IMG/VR virus record: IMGVR_UViG_3300045996_001458
Location: 1-64,000 of that record
Length of the DNA stretch: 64,000 nt
Origin: a virus
Strand: one strand, 5' to 3'
Position 1 is the first letter of the stretch; each line of letters starts with the position of its first letter. A program made the position numbers and the translations under genes. The notes beneath the pieces were generated by a model. That model saw nothing but the letters and a program-made list of their open reading frames with translations. It was not told where the DNA came from and did no database searches. Below, in pieces: positions 15,494 to 24,702 of this stretch.

Positions 15494-15820
15494 TCACTTG
15501 TCCCGCTTCGACCGACGCCGCTCGGCGATCACCCCGATGGTGTAACCGCACAGGATCAGGGACACGCCGATGGCAACACTGGCCAGGACCTGAAGAGACA
15601 TCGGGACACCTTCCGGGGAGGGTTCGGGGGGAACAGGGAACGTAGCCGGTTGGACCGTCGCACAACCCGGCCATCCGCAGGTGCTCGACCCGCCCGGCGG
15701 ATCACACTCCGGGTACCTGCCACACGGAGACGGGACGTCGACCTGCTCGGCGTAGCCCATCTCCGCGAAGCACGACTGGCAGCCGTGGCAGGGGTGGACC
15801 GGGTTGGTCTCTGGGGTCAC
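15494..15820 (-). CDS. hypothetical protein with C-terminal TM helix
   Basis: Cys-rich N-terminus, hydrophobic C-terminus; a second internal start is possible. Confidence 0.5.
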   Translation of the reverse strand: MTPETNPVHPCHGCQSCFAEMGYAEQVDVPSPCGRYPECDPPGGSSTCGWPGCATVQPATFPVPPEPSPEGVPMSLQVLASVAIGVSLILCGYTIGVIAERRRSKRDK

Positions 15821-16140
15821 GGGGACTCGCCGAGAACTTGGCGGGCGAAGGCCAGGGCGGCCCGGTCGCTGCCGTTCACCCAGTTCTCGACGTCACGGGC
15901 GTGGTGCATCCGGACCCGTCGCTCCGCCACCTCGTACTGGGCACCGGCGTAGCGCAGCCACTCCACGAGAGGAGGAGCCGCAGGTGGACCGATGAGCCTT
16001 GCCCACGCCGCTCCTGCTTCGCTCAGGTCGGCACCGCGCACCTCGCGGTCCCAGTACTGCGGCGTGCGGAAGGCCTCCACCCGCTGCTCGATCAGTGCAG
16101 CTGCTCTCCCTAGGAGAGCAGAAGGGGACTCGGTCACCAC
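15817..16140 (-). CDS. hypothetical phage protein
   Basis: Operon context. Confidence 0.6.
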   Translation of the reverse strand: MVTESPSALLGRAAALIEQRVEAFRTPQYWDREVRGADLSEAGAAWARLIGPPAAPPLVEWLRYAGAQYEVAERRVRMHHARDVENWVNGSDRAALAFARQVLGESP

Positions 16141-16415
16141 GGGCTCTCCTCAGGCTTCTCGTCCAACACGCGTCGGACCTTGTCGAGCTTGGTCCGGAGG
16201 AGTTCGGCCTCGCGTTCGGCACGGTCGGCCCGGATCACTGCTTCCTGCCACTGCCTCGTCAGAGCGGTCTCTTCGAGGCGGTCCTGGACGGCGTTGACCT
16301 GCTCGATGACGTCGGCAGACAGCCCGCAGTAGGGGCACGGACGTTCCTCTCGAACGGCAGCGCGGACCGCACTCGTATGGGCGTTGCAGCCTGGACATGT
16401 GGACTTGTCGCTCAT
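16134..16415 (-). CDS. zinc-ribbon/coiled-coil hypothetical protein
   Basis: CPGC...CPYC then coiled coil. Confidence 0.6.
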   Translation of the reverse strand: MSDKSTCPGCNAHTSAVRAAVREERPCPYCGLSADVIEQVNAVQDRLEETALTRQWQEAVIRADRAEREAELLRTKLDKVRRVLDEKPEESPW

Positions 16416-16690
16416 TCGGTCTCCTCTCGACCATCAGGGATAGAGCGGGCCTGCGGCACTCCGGCGAGGCTTTCGCGGCAGTCGTGACCGCAGTAGGCCG
16501 GAAGACCGTCCACAAGGACGAACGCCGTGCATCTGCCACAGAACGCCGACGTGTGGTGATCACAACCACGGCACACACCGATCGGCTTCTCCGCTGTGGC
16601 GTAGTCCTCCGGGCGGATCGGCTCTGGTGTTCGCGGGCGGACGCGACGCTTCAACGAGGACGGCCCGCCGAAGCGTCGGCGCTGGCTCAC
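16412..16690 (-). CDS. Cys-rich hypothetical protein
   Basis: AAGGAGG RBS; CxxC pairs. Confidence 0.55.
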   Translation of the reverse strand: MSQRRRFGGPSSLKRRVRPRTPEPIRPEDYATAEKPIGVCRGCDHHTSAFCGRCTAFVLVDGLPAYCGHDCRESLAGVPQARSIPDGREETE

Positions 16691-17199
16691 GTCGCCTCCT
16701 TCACGGGTAGTCCACGCTCGGCGTACCGGGCGGTCAACTTGTCGATGTTGGCCTGCATCACGTCGGACATCGTCCAGCCGTACACCTCGGCGGCCCGCGC
16801 CAACGTCTGCCACGCGAAGCCCAACGCGTTGGCCACCTCCAGCTCGGTCGGCCAGTGGGCGACACGGTCGCGGCCCCACTTCTCCATCAGGCCGGACACC
16901 TTCGCGCAGGCGATGGATAGGGCGCGGTCGGGGTCCAGATAGGGCAGCCGCTCGAACTCCACCGGCTCGGTGAGCCACCTGACACCCGTGGCGGTGACAT
17001 CGGTGAAACGGACGATGTTCCACGCGACGTCCCCCAGTTCGGAGAGCAGCTCGTTACCGACGTTGCCCGCCGAGCAGGCCTCCATCACCTCCCCAGCTTC
17101 CGCGGTGAGGCCGTGGATGAGGGACGCCCACAGGACGTCCTCGCGGTGGTTGCCGAAGCGTTTGGCTTCGCGCATGTAGGTCTCGATGTCCACAGTCAA
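16687..17199 (-). CDS. MazG-like nucleotide pyrophosphohydrolase
   Basis: GLTAEAGEV...ELGDVAW and MQANIDKLTARY motifs. Confidence 0.8.
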   Translation of the reverse strand: MTVDIETYMREAKRFGNHREDVLWASLIHGLTAEAGEVMEACSAGNVGNELLSELGDVAWNIVRFTDVTATGVRWLTEPVEFERLPYLDPDRALSIACAKVSGLMEKWGRDRVAHWPTELEVANALGFAWQTLARAAEVYGWTMSDVMQANIDKLTARYAERGLPVKEAT

Positions 17200-17256
17200 A
17201 ACTCCAATCGGAGGGGCGGGCCGGGCCGCCGTCGTGGCGACCCGGCGGCGGAACGA

Positions 17257-17400
17257 TCAGAAACCAATGCGGAACCAGAACCGGAACCTCTTCTTCTTGT
17301 TCTTGTTCGGGTTCCAGTCGGCCCCGCAGTCCTTGCATTCCATGTAGCCGTCGCCGAAGTCACTGGCCTTGACATTCTCGCTGCCGCAAATGGGGCACAT
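17257..17400 (-). CDS. 47-aa zinc-ribbon peptide with basic/aromatic tail
   Basis: AAGGAG RBS; CPIC...CKDC, KNKKKRFRFWFRIGF. Confidence 0.65.
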   Translation of the reverse strand: MCPICGSENVKASDFGDGYMECKDCGADWNPNKNKKKRFRFWFRIGF

Positions 17401-17485
17401 GACGTTCTCCTTATCGATCTTTCGCCGACCGGCCGTCGGGTAGGTGCCGGGCCGCCACGTTCGACGGCCCGACCGGTGATGGGAT

Positions 17486-17590
17486 CTACCACTGGATCCA
17501 GCCGTGGTCCGGGCAGGACGGGTTCGGGTTACCCGTCTGGCCACCGGAGCAGGTGCACGCGTTCAGGACGGGCCTCGCGATGAAGTTCAT
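17486..17590 (-). CDS. 34-aa Cys/His peptide
   Basis: GAGAGGA RBS; MNFIARPVLNACTCSGGQTGNPNPSCPDHGWIQW (translated by hand). Confidence 0.45.
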   Translation of the reverse strand: MNFIARPVLNACTCSGGQTGNPNPSCPDHGWIQW

Positions 17591-17648
17591 GACAGTTCCT
17601 CTCGATTCGGGTACTTCTAGTGGTTCGCTGTTGAGTGACAGTCGCCTG

Positions 17649-17885
17649 TCACTCGCACTCCTCGCCCTCGGTCACCGGCTCGGAGTCGATGACGGTGAGG
17701 AACTCCGGGGCGAGGTTGCCGGCGATGTATCCGGGCCTCATCGGCTCGCCGAAATTGCCCGGGTCCACCACTTCGGCGACGTACCGCCCTGAGGTGTGGT
17801 CACGCCGCCGCACGATCGCGGTGAACCGCCGACCGTCCACCGCCCACTCCACGGTCTTGCCGATCAAGTCCATCGACTCGTTCAC
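17649..17885 (-). CDS. hypothetical phage protein
   Basis: Operon context. Confidence 0.55.
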   Translation of the reverse strand: MNESMDLIGKTVEWAVDGRRFTAIVRRRDHTSGRYVAEVVDPGNFGEPMRPGYIAGNLAPEFLTVIDSEPVTEGEECE

Positions 17886-18073
17886 TGCTCCGTCTCCCAC
17901 TGCCCTCGTCCCCAGTTCCACACGTTCCCTGCGCCGCGATGGTCGGTGAACGTGATGCGGCAGCAGGGCAGCGGGCAACCGTCAACGGGGTGGTCGAGAT
18001 GCTCCTGGACGTAGCTCGAAGTCTCGGTCGGAGTGCCGGAGGCTCCCGGCGTAGTCGCCTCAGAGTCGGTCAC
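17882..18073 (-). CDS. hypothetical phage protein
   Basis: GAGGAGGAG RBS. Confidence 0.5.
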   Translation of the reverse strand: MTDSEATTPGASGTPTETSSYVQEHLDHPVDGCPLPCCRITFTDHRGAGNVWNWGRGQWETEQ

Positions 18074-18462
18074 GACTCCTCCTCGTCCACTTCGACAGCC
18101 TGAAGCGCGGTGATGGCGGCCATCCGGTTCTCGCGGGTGCGCTTCTTGTCCCACGTCTCCACGGCCTTGCGTGCGGCCCAGGACAGGTTCTGGTGGCGCA
18201 GGTTCTCCAGCACAGCCCGGGCCTCATCGCTGCCCGCGGGGGCGCAGAAGGCCAGCCGGAAGCCGTTGGCGGCCGTGGACTTGGTCATCAGTCCGTGGAT
18301 CTCGAACGTGTCCGTGCCGGCCGCGACGGTGAACGTCTCCGCCCACACCTTCGTTACCGTGGTCGTCGTGACTCCGCGCAGTTGGCGGCGATAGTTGTCC
18401 TCGGTCCAGATCACCACCTCCGCTCCCGGCTTCAACCAGTCGGGGCGCTCCACTTCGGTCAT
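18070..18462 (-). CDS. hypothetical phage protein
   Basis: GGAGG RBS; MTEVERPDWLKPG. Confidence 0.6.
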   Translation of the reverse strand: MTEVERPDWLKPGAEVVIWTEDNYRRQLRGVTTTTVTKVWAETFTVAAGTDTFEIHGLMTKSTAANGFRLAFCAPAGSDEARAVLENLRHQNLSWAARKAVETWDKKRTRENRMAAITALQAVEVDEEES

Positions 18463-18582
18463 CCCTCCGCCTTCCACCATCCGCAGCAAGGGCACCAGCA
18501 CCACTCCCAGTCGTCGTCCGGTGTCGAGCGCACGAACACGTCGTCGGTCATTGCTCTCCCCTTCCGGGAGTGAGAGGGATGG

Positions 18583-18807
18583 TCAGAGGCCGAGCAAGCC
18601 GCCGGACTCGCGGCGCTTCCACCACACGTCCAGCCGACGGGACTTGCGGTTGCCCATGCGCCACTGGACGCCGCACCTTCCGGGGCAGACGCCACGCGTG
18701 CGCGGTCCGTGCGCCCGCTTGTCCCACGTGGCGACGGCGTGGCACTCGGGGCAACGGTGCGGCTTGTCCTCGTTGCGGGTGACCCATCGCAGTTTGGCTG
18801 TGGTCAC
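18583..18807 (-). CDS. zinc-finger hypothetical protein
   Basis: AAGGAG RBS; CPEC...CPGRC. Confidence 0.55.
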   Translation of the reverse strand: MTTAKLRWVTRNEDKPHRCPECHAVATWDKRAHGPRTRGVCPGRCGVQWRMGNRKSRRLDVWWKRRESGGLLGL

Positions 18808-18838
18808 GTCTCTCCTTGGTCTTGGTACGGGATATGGG

Positions 18839-19042
18839 TCAGGACAGGGGGCGGAGTCGGGTGAGGTCACCGGCCACGTTCAGGCGTTCCACCGTGAACA
18901 CCGTCAGTTCGTCCGCCGGCTCCCCGTCGAGCCACCACGTGCCACCCTCCGGGTTGTAGGCGAGGCGACCGGAGGCGTACAGGGCACGGACCTGTTCCTC
19001 AAGGAGCTGGACGGCCTGGGCGATGTCGTCTGTGTCGGCCAT
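18839..19042 (-). CDS. hypothetical phage protein
   Basis: GGAG RBS. Confidence 0.55.
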   Translation of the reverse strand: MADTDDIAQAVQLLEEQVRALYASGRLAYNPEGGTWWLDGEPADELTVFTVERLNVAGDLTRLRPLS

Positions 19043-19094
19043 GGTGCACTCCGTTCGGCTCGGTGGTGGGTGTTCGGCCCCTTCGGGGGAGGGC

Positions 19095-19415
19095 CTACGG
19101 CACTGACGGGGCGGAGGTCGCGGCGGCGTCTTCGAGGTGCTTCACCTTGGCCTGCAACCCGGCGATCTGCTCGCGCAACTGGTCCACGTACGTCTTGCCG
19201 TTCCACACCGGCTCGCCGTTCTCATCGGCGACCTCGTACGCCTCCATGTCCTCGAACACCACGTCCAGGCTGTACTTCCGCTTGTACCCGGAGCACTGAA
19301 GGCACAGAGACGGAACGCGCTCGTGCGCCTTCTCGACGGCCGATTCGTCGTCGTCAGCCTCGACCCTGATGGTCAGGTCGGCGTTCGGCATGAACCGGAC
19401 AAGGAACTCGGGCAT
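19095..19415 (-). CDS. hypothetical phage protein
   Basis: GAGGAG RBS; CLQC. Confidence 0.6.
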   Translation of the reverse strand: MPEFLVRFMPNADLTIRVEADDDESAVEKAHERVPSLCLQCSGYKRKYSLDVVFEDMEAYEVADENGEPVWNGKTYVDQLREQIAGLQAKVKHLEDAAATSAPSVP

Positions 19416-19505
19416 CTCTTCTCCTCGGGGTTGGGGGTCAGTCGGTCATCGGGACGAGACGACCGCAGGGGGCGGGGCGGGCGGTGGAGTGGTGGCCTCC
19501 CGGGA

Positions 19506-19823
19506 TTAGGCGTCGGTGTCCCACCGGAACGACCCGCCCTCGTAAGCGCAGGACCGGTCCGTGGTCTTGTACGTCGCGTCGCCGCCACCGTTGCCGCGCG
19601 CGTTGTTGATCGCCCACAGGTCGGCGTCCTGCACGGCCTCGTCGGCGCGGCGGAACAACTCGGCCAGCGGCGAGAACGCGTCGTACAGGTCGGCGTCGGT
19701 GCTGTCCATCAAGTCGCGGGCGGTGTGCAGGTGAGCGAGCGCCGCCTTGACGTGCCGGCCGACGAGCATGGCCGTGGCCCGGTCCATGACCACGGGCTTG
19801 ATGCCCTCCGGTTCGATGTGCAT
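19506..19823 (-). CDS. hypothetical phage protein
   Basis: AAGGA RBS. Confidence 0.6.
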   Translation of the reverse strand: MHIEPEGIKPVVMDRATAMLVGRHVKAALAHLHTARDLMDSTDADLYDAFSPLAELFRRADEAVQDADLWAINNARGNGGGDATYKTTDRSCAYEGGSFRWDTDA

Positions 19824-19892
19824 CGCTGCTTCCTTCCGGTCTGAACATCCGTGGCGTGGGCGCGTCCCCCGGCCGCGCCCCACCATGGCGGT

Positions 19893-20192
19893 TCAGGCGG
19901 ACGCGCGCGGCAGGACGCTGACCGGGACCTCGCGGGTGTCGGGGTCGCAACCGAGGGGGCAGCCGTAGGTGCAGGAGTGGATCAGCGCGTACCGGAGCAC
20001 CGCGCCCTGCTTGCGGACGTACAGCTTGCAGCCGTAGCCGCACTCCCGCATGACCTGCACCTCGGACCACTCGCGGACCGGCTTGACGTAGATCCGGACG
20101 TGCTGGGCGATCTCCCGGGCCTCGCTGCCCACGATCCGGATGCGGGTGGGCGCGGCGGTGTCGGTCGTGGACTGGGTGAGCGTGGCGGTCAT
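19893..20192 (-). CDS. hypothetical phage protein
   Basis: GGGAG RBS; first gene under RHH-type operators. Confidence 0.65.
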   Translation of the reverse strand: MTATLTQSTTDTAAPTRIRIVGSEAREIAQHVRIYVKPVREWSEVQVMRECGYGCKLYVRKQGAVLRYALIHSCTYGCPLGCDPDTREVPVSVLPRASA

Positions 20193-20227
20193 GTCGTCTC
20201 CCTTGGCGGCGGTTCCGGGCCTTCCCC

Positions 20228-20300
20228 GGTGTCATGACACCACGGTACAGTGGGTGTCATGACACCGGCAAGAGGTTCAGCAGAGAAATGTCATGACACC
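20228..20300. promoter_or_regulatory. three palindromic operators GGTGTCATGACACC with leftward promoter
   Basis: Copies at 20228-20241, 20253-20266, 20289-20300 (partial); TTGCCG-18-TACCGT on minus strand. Confidence 0.8.
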
Positions 20301-20309
20301 CTTAACGGC

Positions 20310-20495
20310 GTGACCGGCAGGAGCGGGAAGGGCACCGCGCGGCAGACCGTCCGCATCGACGAGGACCTGTGGGCCAAGCTCGGCGCGGCCTGCGAATCCG
20401 CCGGCATTGACCGGTCCGCCGCGTTGCGCGCGTTCGCCCGCTGGTACGTCGGGGAGGGCGACGCCGAACTCCCCGAGCGCCCTGCTCCCGAGTAG
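20310..20495 (+). CDS. ribbon-helix-helix (CopG/Arc-like) DNA-binding protein
   Basis: RQTVRIDEDLWAKLGAAC...DRSAALRAFARW. Confidence 0.8.
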   Translation: MTGRSGKGTARQTVRIDEDLWAKLGAACESAGIDRSAALRAFARWYVGEGDAELPERPAPE

Positions 20496-20682
20496 CCCTC
20501 CCGGTCAGGCAGCGGACGGAGACGGCGGGTCGAACACCGCGGCCACCTCGTCCAACGCCTCGTACATCTCCTCCAGTGTCAGCCCCGGTCCGTCCGCCGT
20601 CACCGACCATCCGGCGGCGGGGACCTCCCATGCCCAACTCATGTCGTCTCCTCTCGTGTCGTCAGTCGTGCGGTCACGCTGG

Positions 20683-20961
20683 TCACGATTGCGTCCGGGT
20701 GAGCTTCAGCCAGGACCACTGGTCGTCGTGCTCGGTGATCTCGTAGCCGTAGCCGTGCTTCATGGCCAACAGGTCGGCCTGCGGAACGTTGGCCAACTGG
20801 ATGGCCATCTCCAGGACGGGCGGACGCTCGTACTCCAGTCGCGCGTCGAGCGCGCCCATCTCCCAGCCCGCCACGTAGGACTGGTCGTCGTGGGGGCCGC
20901 CCTTGGTCGCGACGGTGACAAACGGCATCACCAGCCCGTAGCCCTGCTCTTCCTCGCTCAC
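20683..20961 (-). CDS. hypothetical phage protein
   Basis: LVMPFVTV...GGPHDDQSYVAGWEMG. Confidence 0.65.
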   Translation of the reverse strand: MSEEEQGYGLVMPFVTVATKGGPHDDQSYVAGWEMGALDARLEYERPPVLEMAIQLANVPQADLLAMKHGYGYEITEHDDQWSWLKLTRTQS

Positions 20962-21515
20962 GCTGCCTCCTCGTTCGTCGGCCTGAGCTTCGCCACCACG
21001 TCGGCCCGGTAGTCCGTCACCGGGTACGGCAGGGGTCCATCGAGCAGGTGCACACCCACCGCGGCCAGCCACAGGGCGTCCCGCTCGTCGGAGCTGGTCG
21101 CCAGCACCTCGGGGAACGCCTCAGCCATGGCGGCCTTCATGGCGGCCTTGTCCGCACGCCCGTTGCCCGTCGCGTAGAGCTTCAGCGTGTTCGGGTGCAC
21201 TTCCACCACCCGGGCACCCCGGTAGACGAGCGCCGAGATGGCCAGATACCAGAGGCCCGCGCGTTCGTTGGTCGAGGTGGACGCCGGGTTCGGCACCATG
21301 GCCTCCACGACCACGAGGTCGGCCGGGTGGACCCAGTCCACGATGGCAGTCTTGAGCCGGTGCAGCACTTCGCAGCGATCCATGGGGTCGGCGAGCGTGG
21401 TCACGCCCGCCTCGCCCTTCTTGGCCGTCTCCATCACCGTGGTGCCCAGACCCCAGGTGATGCGGGCCAAGCCGCTGGAGGTGAGCGAGAGGTCAAGGCC
21501 GACGACGGCGCTCAC
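20958..21515 (-). CDS. RuvC-like Holliday junction resolvase
   Basis: GLDLSLTSSG, VVEA, LKLYATGNGRADK, DERDALWLA. Confidence 0.85.
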   Translation of the reverse strand: MSAVVGLDLSLTSSGLARITWGLGTTVMETAKKGEAGVTTLADPMDRCEVLHRLKTAIVDWVHPADLVVVEAMVPNPASTSTNERAGLWYLAISALVYRGARVVEVHPNTLKLYATGNGRADKAAMKAAMAEAFPEVLATSSDERDALWLAAVGVHLLDGPLPYPVTDYRADVVAKLRPTNEEAA

Positions 21516-21859
21516 CAGGGCTCCTCGGTGCACTCGGCGTTCGCTTCCCAGCCTGTCGGGTATGCCTTGACCAGCTCGTCCCAGACGCCCACGCCGCTGT
21601 GCACCGCTCGCAGTTCGCTGCACGGGTAGGCCGCACCGCTCTTGGAGCAGAGCGCGCCGTCCTCGAACATCGGGCCGTGGTCGGCGAATACGGCAGCCGT
21701 GGTCAGGTCACCTGTCGACAGCAGCCGGTCTGCCTCCTTGGCGTGGGCCCCGTTGACTGCCATGAACGAGCCGGGCAGCCATGCCACGATGCCCGCCGCC
21801 GCCACGTGGATCTCGGCGTCGAGGAGCATCCGCTCCACGTCGCCCTCGTCGGGGCTCAC
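21512..21859 (-). CDS. hypothetical phage protein
   Basis: GTGA overlap; YPCSELR. Confidence 0.55.
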   Translation of the reverse strand: MSPDEGDVERMLLDAEIHVAAAGIVAWLPGSFMAVNGAHAKEADRLLSTGDLTTAAVFADHGPMFEDGALCSKSGAAYPCSELRAVHSGVGVWDELVKAYPTGWEANAECTEEPW

Positions 21860-22689
21860 CCCCCACCGCCTTCGATGTCGTCGGCCGGGTCGGACCCGAC
21901 GACGTACTCGACGCTCATCGCCACCTCGCCGCACAGGCACGCGGTGGACTCGACCGTCGCCGTGCCTGGCCACCGGTGTCCGCCCGGAGGGCAAGTCGCG
22001 GGCACACCAGTCGCGGCGTCACCCGCCATCGCCGTCAGCACCGAGCACGGCGCGGGCACGAGCACGTCAACCTGCCCCTCCCACTCGCCCTGTTCCGGAC
22101 CGGTCAGGACCGAACACGCCAGGCACGCGACCGTCGGCGTGTCGCCGTAGCATCCCGCCGGGGTGTCGTGGTCGCAGTCACCCTCGGCGCAGCTCTCGTC
22201 CATCAGCAGCACCGGGCGATGCGCGGTCACATGCCCCAGCACCCGCGGCCAGCGTTCGCTGTCCGCGTCGTAGTCCCGCTCCGCACGGCGGTCGGCGAGG
22301 AGTCGTCGGCAGATCCGCACCGCGATCAGCGGATCGACCGGCACCAGGGACAGGGCGTGCGTCTCGGCGCCGGTCGGGGTGAGCACCGCGAGTTCGACCT
22401 CCTCCGTGCCGCGTTGGAGAGCGACGGACCACGCGCACTCCGGGCACAGCGTGTGGTTGTCGACGTGCCTGTTGCCGCGTGCGAAGCCGCCCCAGTGGCG
22501 GGCGATGACCGCGGTCGAGCCGCACTCCGTCGCAGCGCGGACGCGTCGGGCGGAACTGTCGCCCATCTCCACCGCGCGGACCGCGTGGTCGTGGCCGATG
22601 GCGTGGATCGGGCCGGGCCTGTCGTCGATGCCGATGACGTGCGACACGGCGGGGATGGGTGGTAGCGGTTCAACCTCGGTGTCGATCAC
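21856..22689 (-). CDS. Cys-rich hypothetical protein
   Basis: Several CxxC motifs; GGAGG RBS. Confidence 0.6.
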   Translation of the reverse strand: MIDTEVEPLPPIPAVSHVIGIDDRPGPIHAIGHDHAVRAVEMGDSSARRVRAATECGSTAVIARHWGGFARGNRHVDNHTLCPECAWSVALQRGTEEVELAVLTPTGAETHALSLVPVDPLIAVRICRRLLADRRAERDYDADSERWPRVLGHVTAHRPVLLMDESCAEGDCDHDTPAGCYGDTPTVACLACSVLTGPEQGEWEGQVDVLVPAPCSVLTAMAGDAATGVPATCPPGGHRWPGTATVESTACLCGEVAMSVEYVVGSDPADDIEGGGG

Positions 22690-23084
22690 GACTCGCCTCC
22701 GTCCGGCCCGCCATGCGATGCCGGGTGCCACCAGTCGCATGGCGGCTCGGTCTGCCTTCGGCGCAACCCCCGACCGTCGCGGATCTGCTGCGACAGGTCG
22801 GCCAGCATCGCGTTGAGCGTGTTCGAGATCGCCGCCAACCACATGCTGTTACCCGTGGCGTCGCCCTCCCACAGGTCCGCGATGGCGTGGATGGTGCCGA
22901 TCACCACGTCCTTCGCCGTGTGCGGTACGCCGGAGTCGGTCAGCCGCAGGAGCGTCGAGTGCAGACGTCGGGCCACCTCGCGTCCCATCTCCAAGTCGTC
23001 TTCGAAGCCGCCCGCCTTCGCGGCCCGGTCGAGGTCGTAGCGCACGGCGTCCACATCCGTGCGCGGGTTGCCGGTGTCGTTCAC
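22686..23084 (-). CDS. hypothetical phage protein
   Basis: AAGGAG RBS. Confidence 0.6.
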   Translation of the reverse strand: MNDTGNPRTDVDAVRYDLDRAAKAGGFEDDLEMGREVARRLHSTLLRLTDSGVPHTAKDVVIGTIHAIADLWEGDATGNSMWLAAISNTLNAMLADLSQQIRDGRGLRRRQTEPPCDWWHPASHGGPDGGES

Positions 23085-23314
23085 GACTCGGCTCCTTCGA
23101 TGTCGTCGGCCATCAGTTCCAGGTCTCCGGAGTCCGGCCAGTCCTCGTCGGTGCCCTCGTCGTCCATCAACTCGACCAACTCGCGGAGCACCGCCGCGGT
23201 GGCGGCCTTCGCCAAGGCGTCGTAGGTCAGGTCCGTCGACCCTTGGCCAGTGAGCGCCTTTCGGGCGGCGATCACAAGCCGGACAGCGGCGTCTGTCTCG
23301 TCGGTCAAATCCAT
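23081..23314 (-). CDS. hypothetical phage protein
   Basis: GAGGAG RBS. Confidence 0.6.
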   Translation of the reverse strand: MDLTDETDAAVRLVIAARKALTGQGSTDLTYDALAKAATAAVLRELVELMDDEGTDEDWPDSGDLELMADDIEGAES

Positions 23315-23537
23315 GTCTCAGGTCTCCTCACTAGCGCCAGCGGGGTTCAGGCCGTCAGCGGCGATCTCAGGGGGTCGGACGGTGGCATTGCGTCGGGTCG
23401 CGGCGATCCACTGCTGCCACTCGGGCAGCAACCACCACGGAGGCCTCGGGTCACATCGGGGGTTGGAGTGGCGGGACCGCCCGAGACGGGGGTCGAGCGG
23501 TGTCCCGCACTCCACGCACTTCAGCAAAGTTCAGCCA

Positions 23538-24011
23538 TCAGAACGGGGGTTCCGAGTCGAACCCCGATGCGCCCTGACGGGCGGGAGCCGGCGGCGCAGA
23601 TCCCCACGGATCGTCAGCCGCTGCCGGTCGGGAGTCGGTGCCGGAGCGCTCCGCCTTGGACACCTTGGCCGTGGCGTAGCGGAGGTTCGGGCCGATGCCG
23701 TCCAGCAACAGCGACACACCGGAGCGCTTCTCGCCCGTGGCCCGGTCCTCCCACTGCTCGGTCTTCAGACGGCCGGTCACCACGACCTCGGTGCCGCGGG
23801 TGAGGGACTCGGCCATCGACTCGGCCAGTTCCTTGAACGCCGTGGCCCGGACGAAGAACACGTCCCCGTCTTCCCACTCCTGGGTCGAGGGGTTCTTGCG
23901 GCGGGAGTTGAACGCGAGGTTCACGGTGCACACCGCGGTGCCGTTCCCGGCGAACCTGAGCTCCGGATCGGCGGTCGCCCGGCCGATACCGGTCAACGTG
24001 GGCAGGGACAT
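23538..24011 (-). CDS. ssb: single-stranded DNA-binding protein
   Basis: G..TADPELRF, LAE..AESL.RG..V.V.GRL, acidic tail FDSEPPF. Confidence 0.95.
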   Translation of the reverse strand: MSLPTLTGIGRATADPELRFAGNGTAVCTVNLAFNSRRKNPSTQEWEDGDVFFVRATAFKELAESMAESLTRGTEVVVTGRLKTEQWEDRATGEKRSGVSLLLDGIGPNLRYATAKVSKAERSGTDSRPAAADDPWGSAPPAPARQGASGFDSEPPF

Positions 24012-24012
24012 G

Positions 24013-24702
24013 TCAGGCAGCTCCCTTGCTCTGGCCGCCGCGGCGGCGGTCGTCGCCCTTGAGGACGACTCGGGTGGTCATCTCGACGAGCCGGGACGTG
24101 ACCCGGTCGCCGAGGATGGGCTTGAGGTCGGCGGGCTTCACGTTGCTGGTGATCAGCGTCGGCAGCTCCCGCTCGTAGCGGTGGTTGATCAGCCGGTAGT
24201 CGACTTCCTCGGTCCACTCCGTCGACTTCGCCGCGCCGAGGTCGTCGATGACCAGCAGGCGCGTGTTGGCGATCGAGCGAAACTCCTCCTCGGAGTCGAC
24301 CCGTGGTCTCGGACGCAGGCGGGCGTAGATGTCCGCAGCGGTGGAGAACTGCCACGAGCACATCAGCCCGGACAGGGACAGGGCGCGTACGGCGCCGTAG
24401 GCCTGGAACGTCTTGCCCGTGCCGGTGGGTCCGAGGATCAGCAGGGATCGCCCGGTTGTGAGCGCGACCGCGGCGCGGCCGGTGTCGCGCACCGCGTCGC
24501 TCACGAGGTCGCGCACCCAGTCGCGGATGGCGGGCACGTCAGCAACAGCCTCGGCGTAGTGGACCGGGATGGCCTTGCGGTTGTACTCCACGCCGCGCTC
24601 CACCGCCTCGCGGGCCATGAGCAGGCGCTCCCTCCGCTCGTCGTCGCCGAAGGGCAGCAACTCCTCCGACTCCAGGGAGATCACCACGGGGTCGATGTCC
24701 AC
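24013..24702 (-). CDS. DnaC/IstB-like AAA+ helicase loader
   Basis: Walker A GPTGTGKT, Walker B LLVIDDLG, RYERELPTLITSN, GDDRR. Confidence 0.9.
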   Translation of the reverse strand: MDIDPVVISLESEELLPFGDDERRERLLMAREAVERGVEYNRKAIPVHYAEAVADVPAIRDWVRDLVSDAVRDTGRAAVALTTGRSLLILGPTGTGKTFQAYGAVRALSLSGLMCSWQFSTAADIYARLRPRPRVDSEEEFRSIANTRLLVIDDLGAAKSTEWTEEVDYRLINHRYERELPTLITSNVKPADLKPILGDRVTSRLVEMTTRVVLKGDDRRRGGQSKGAA

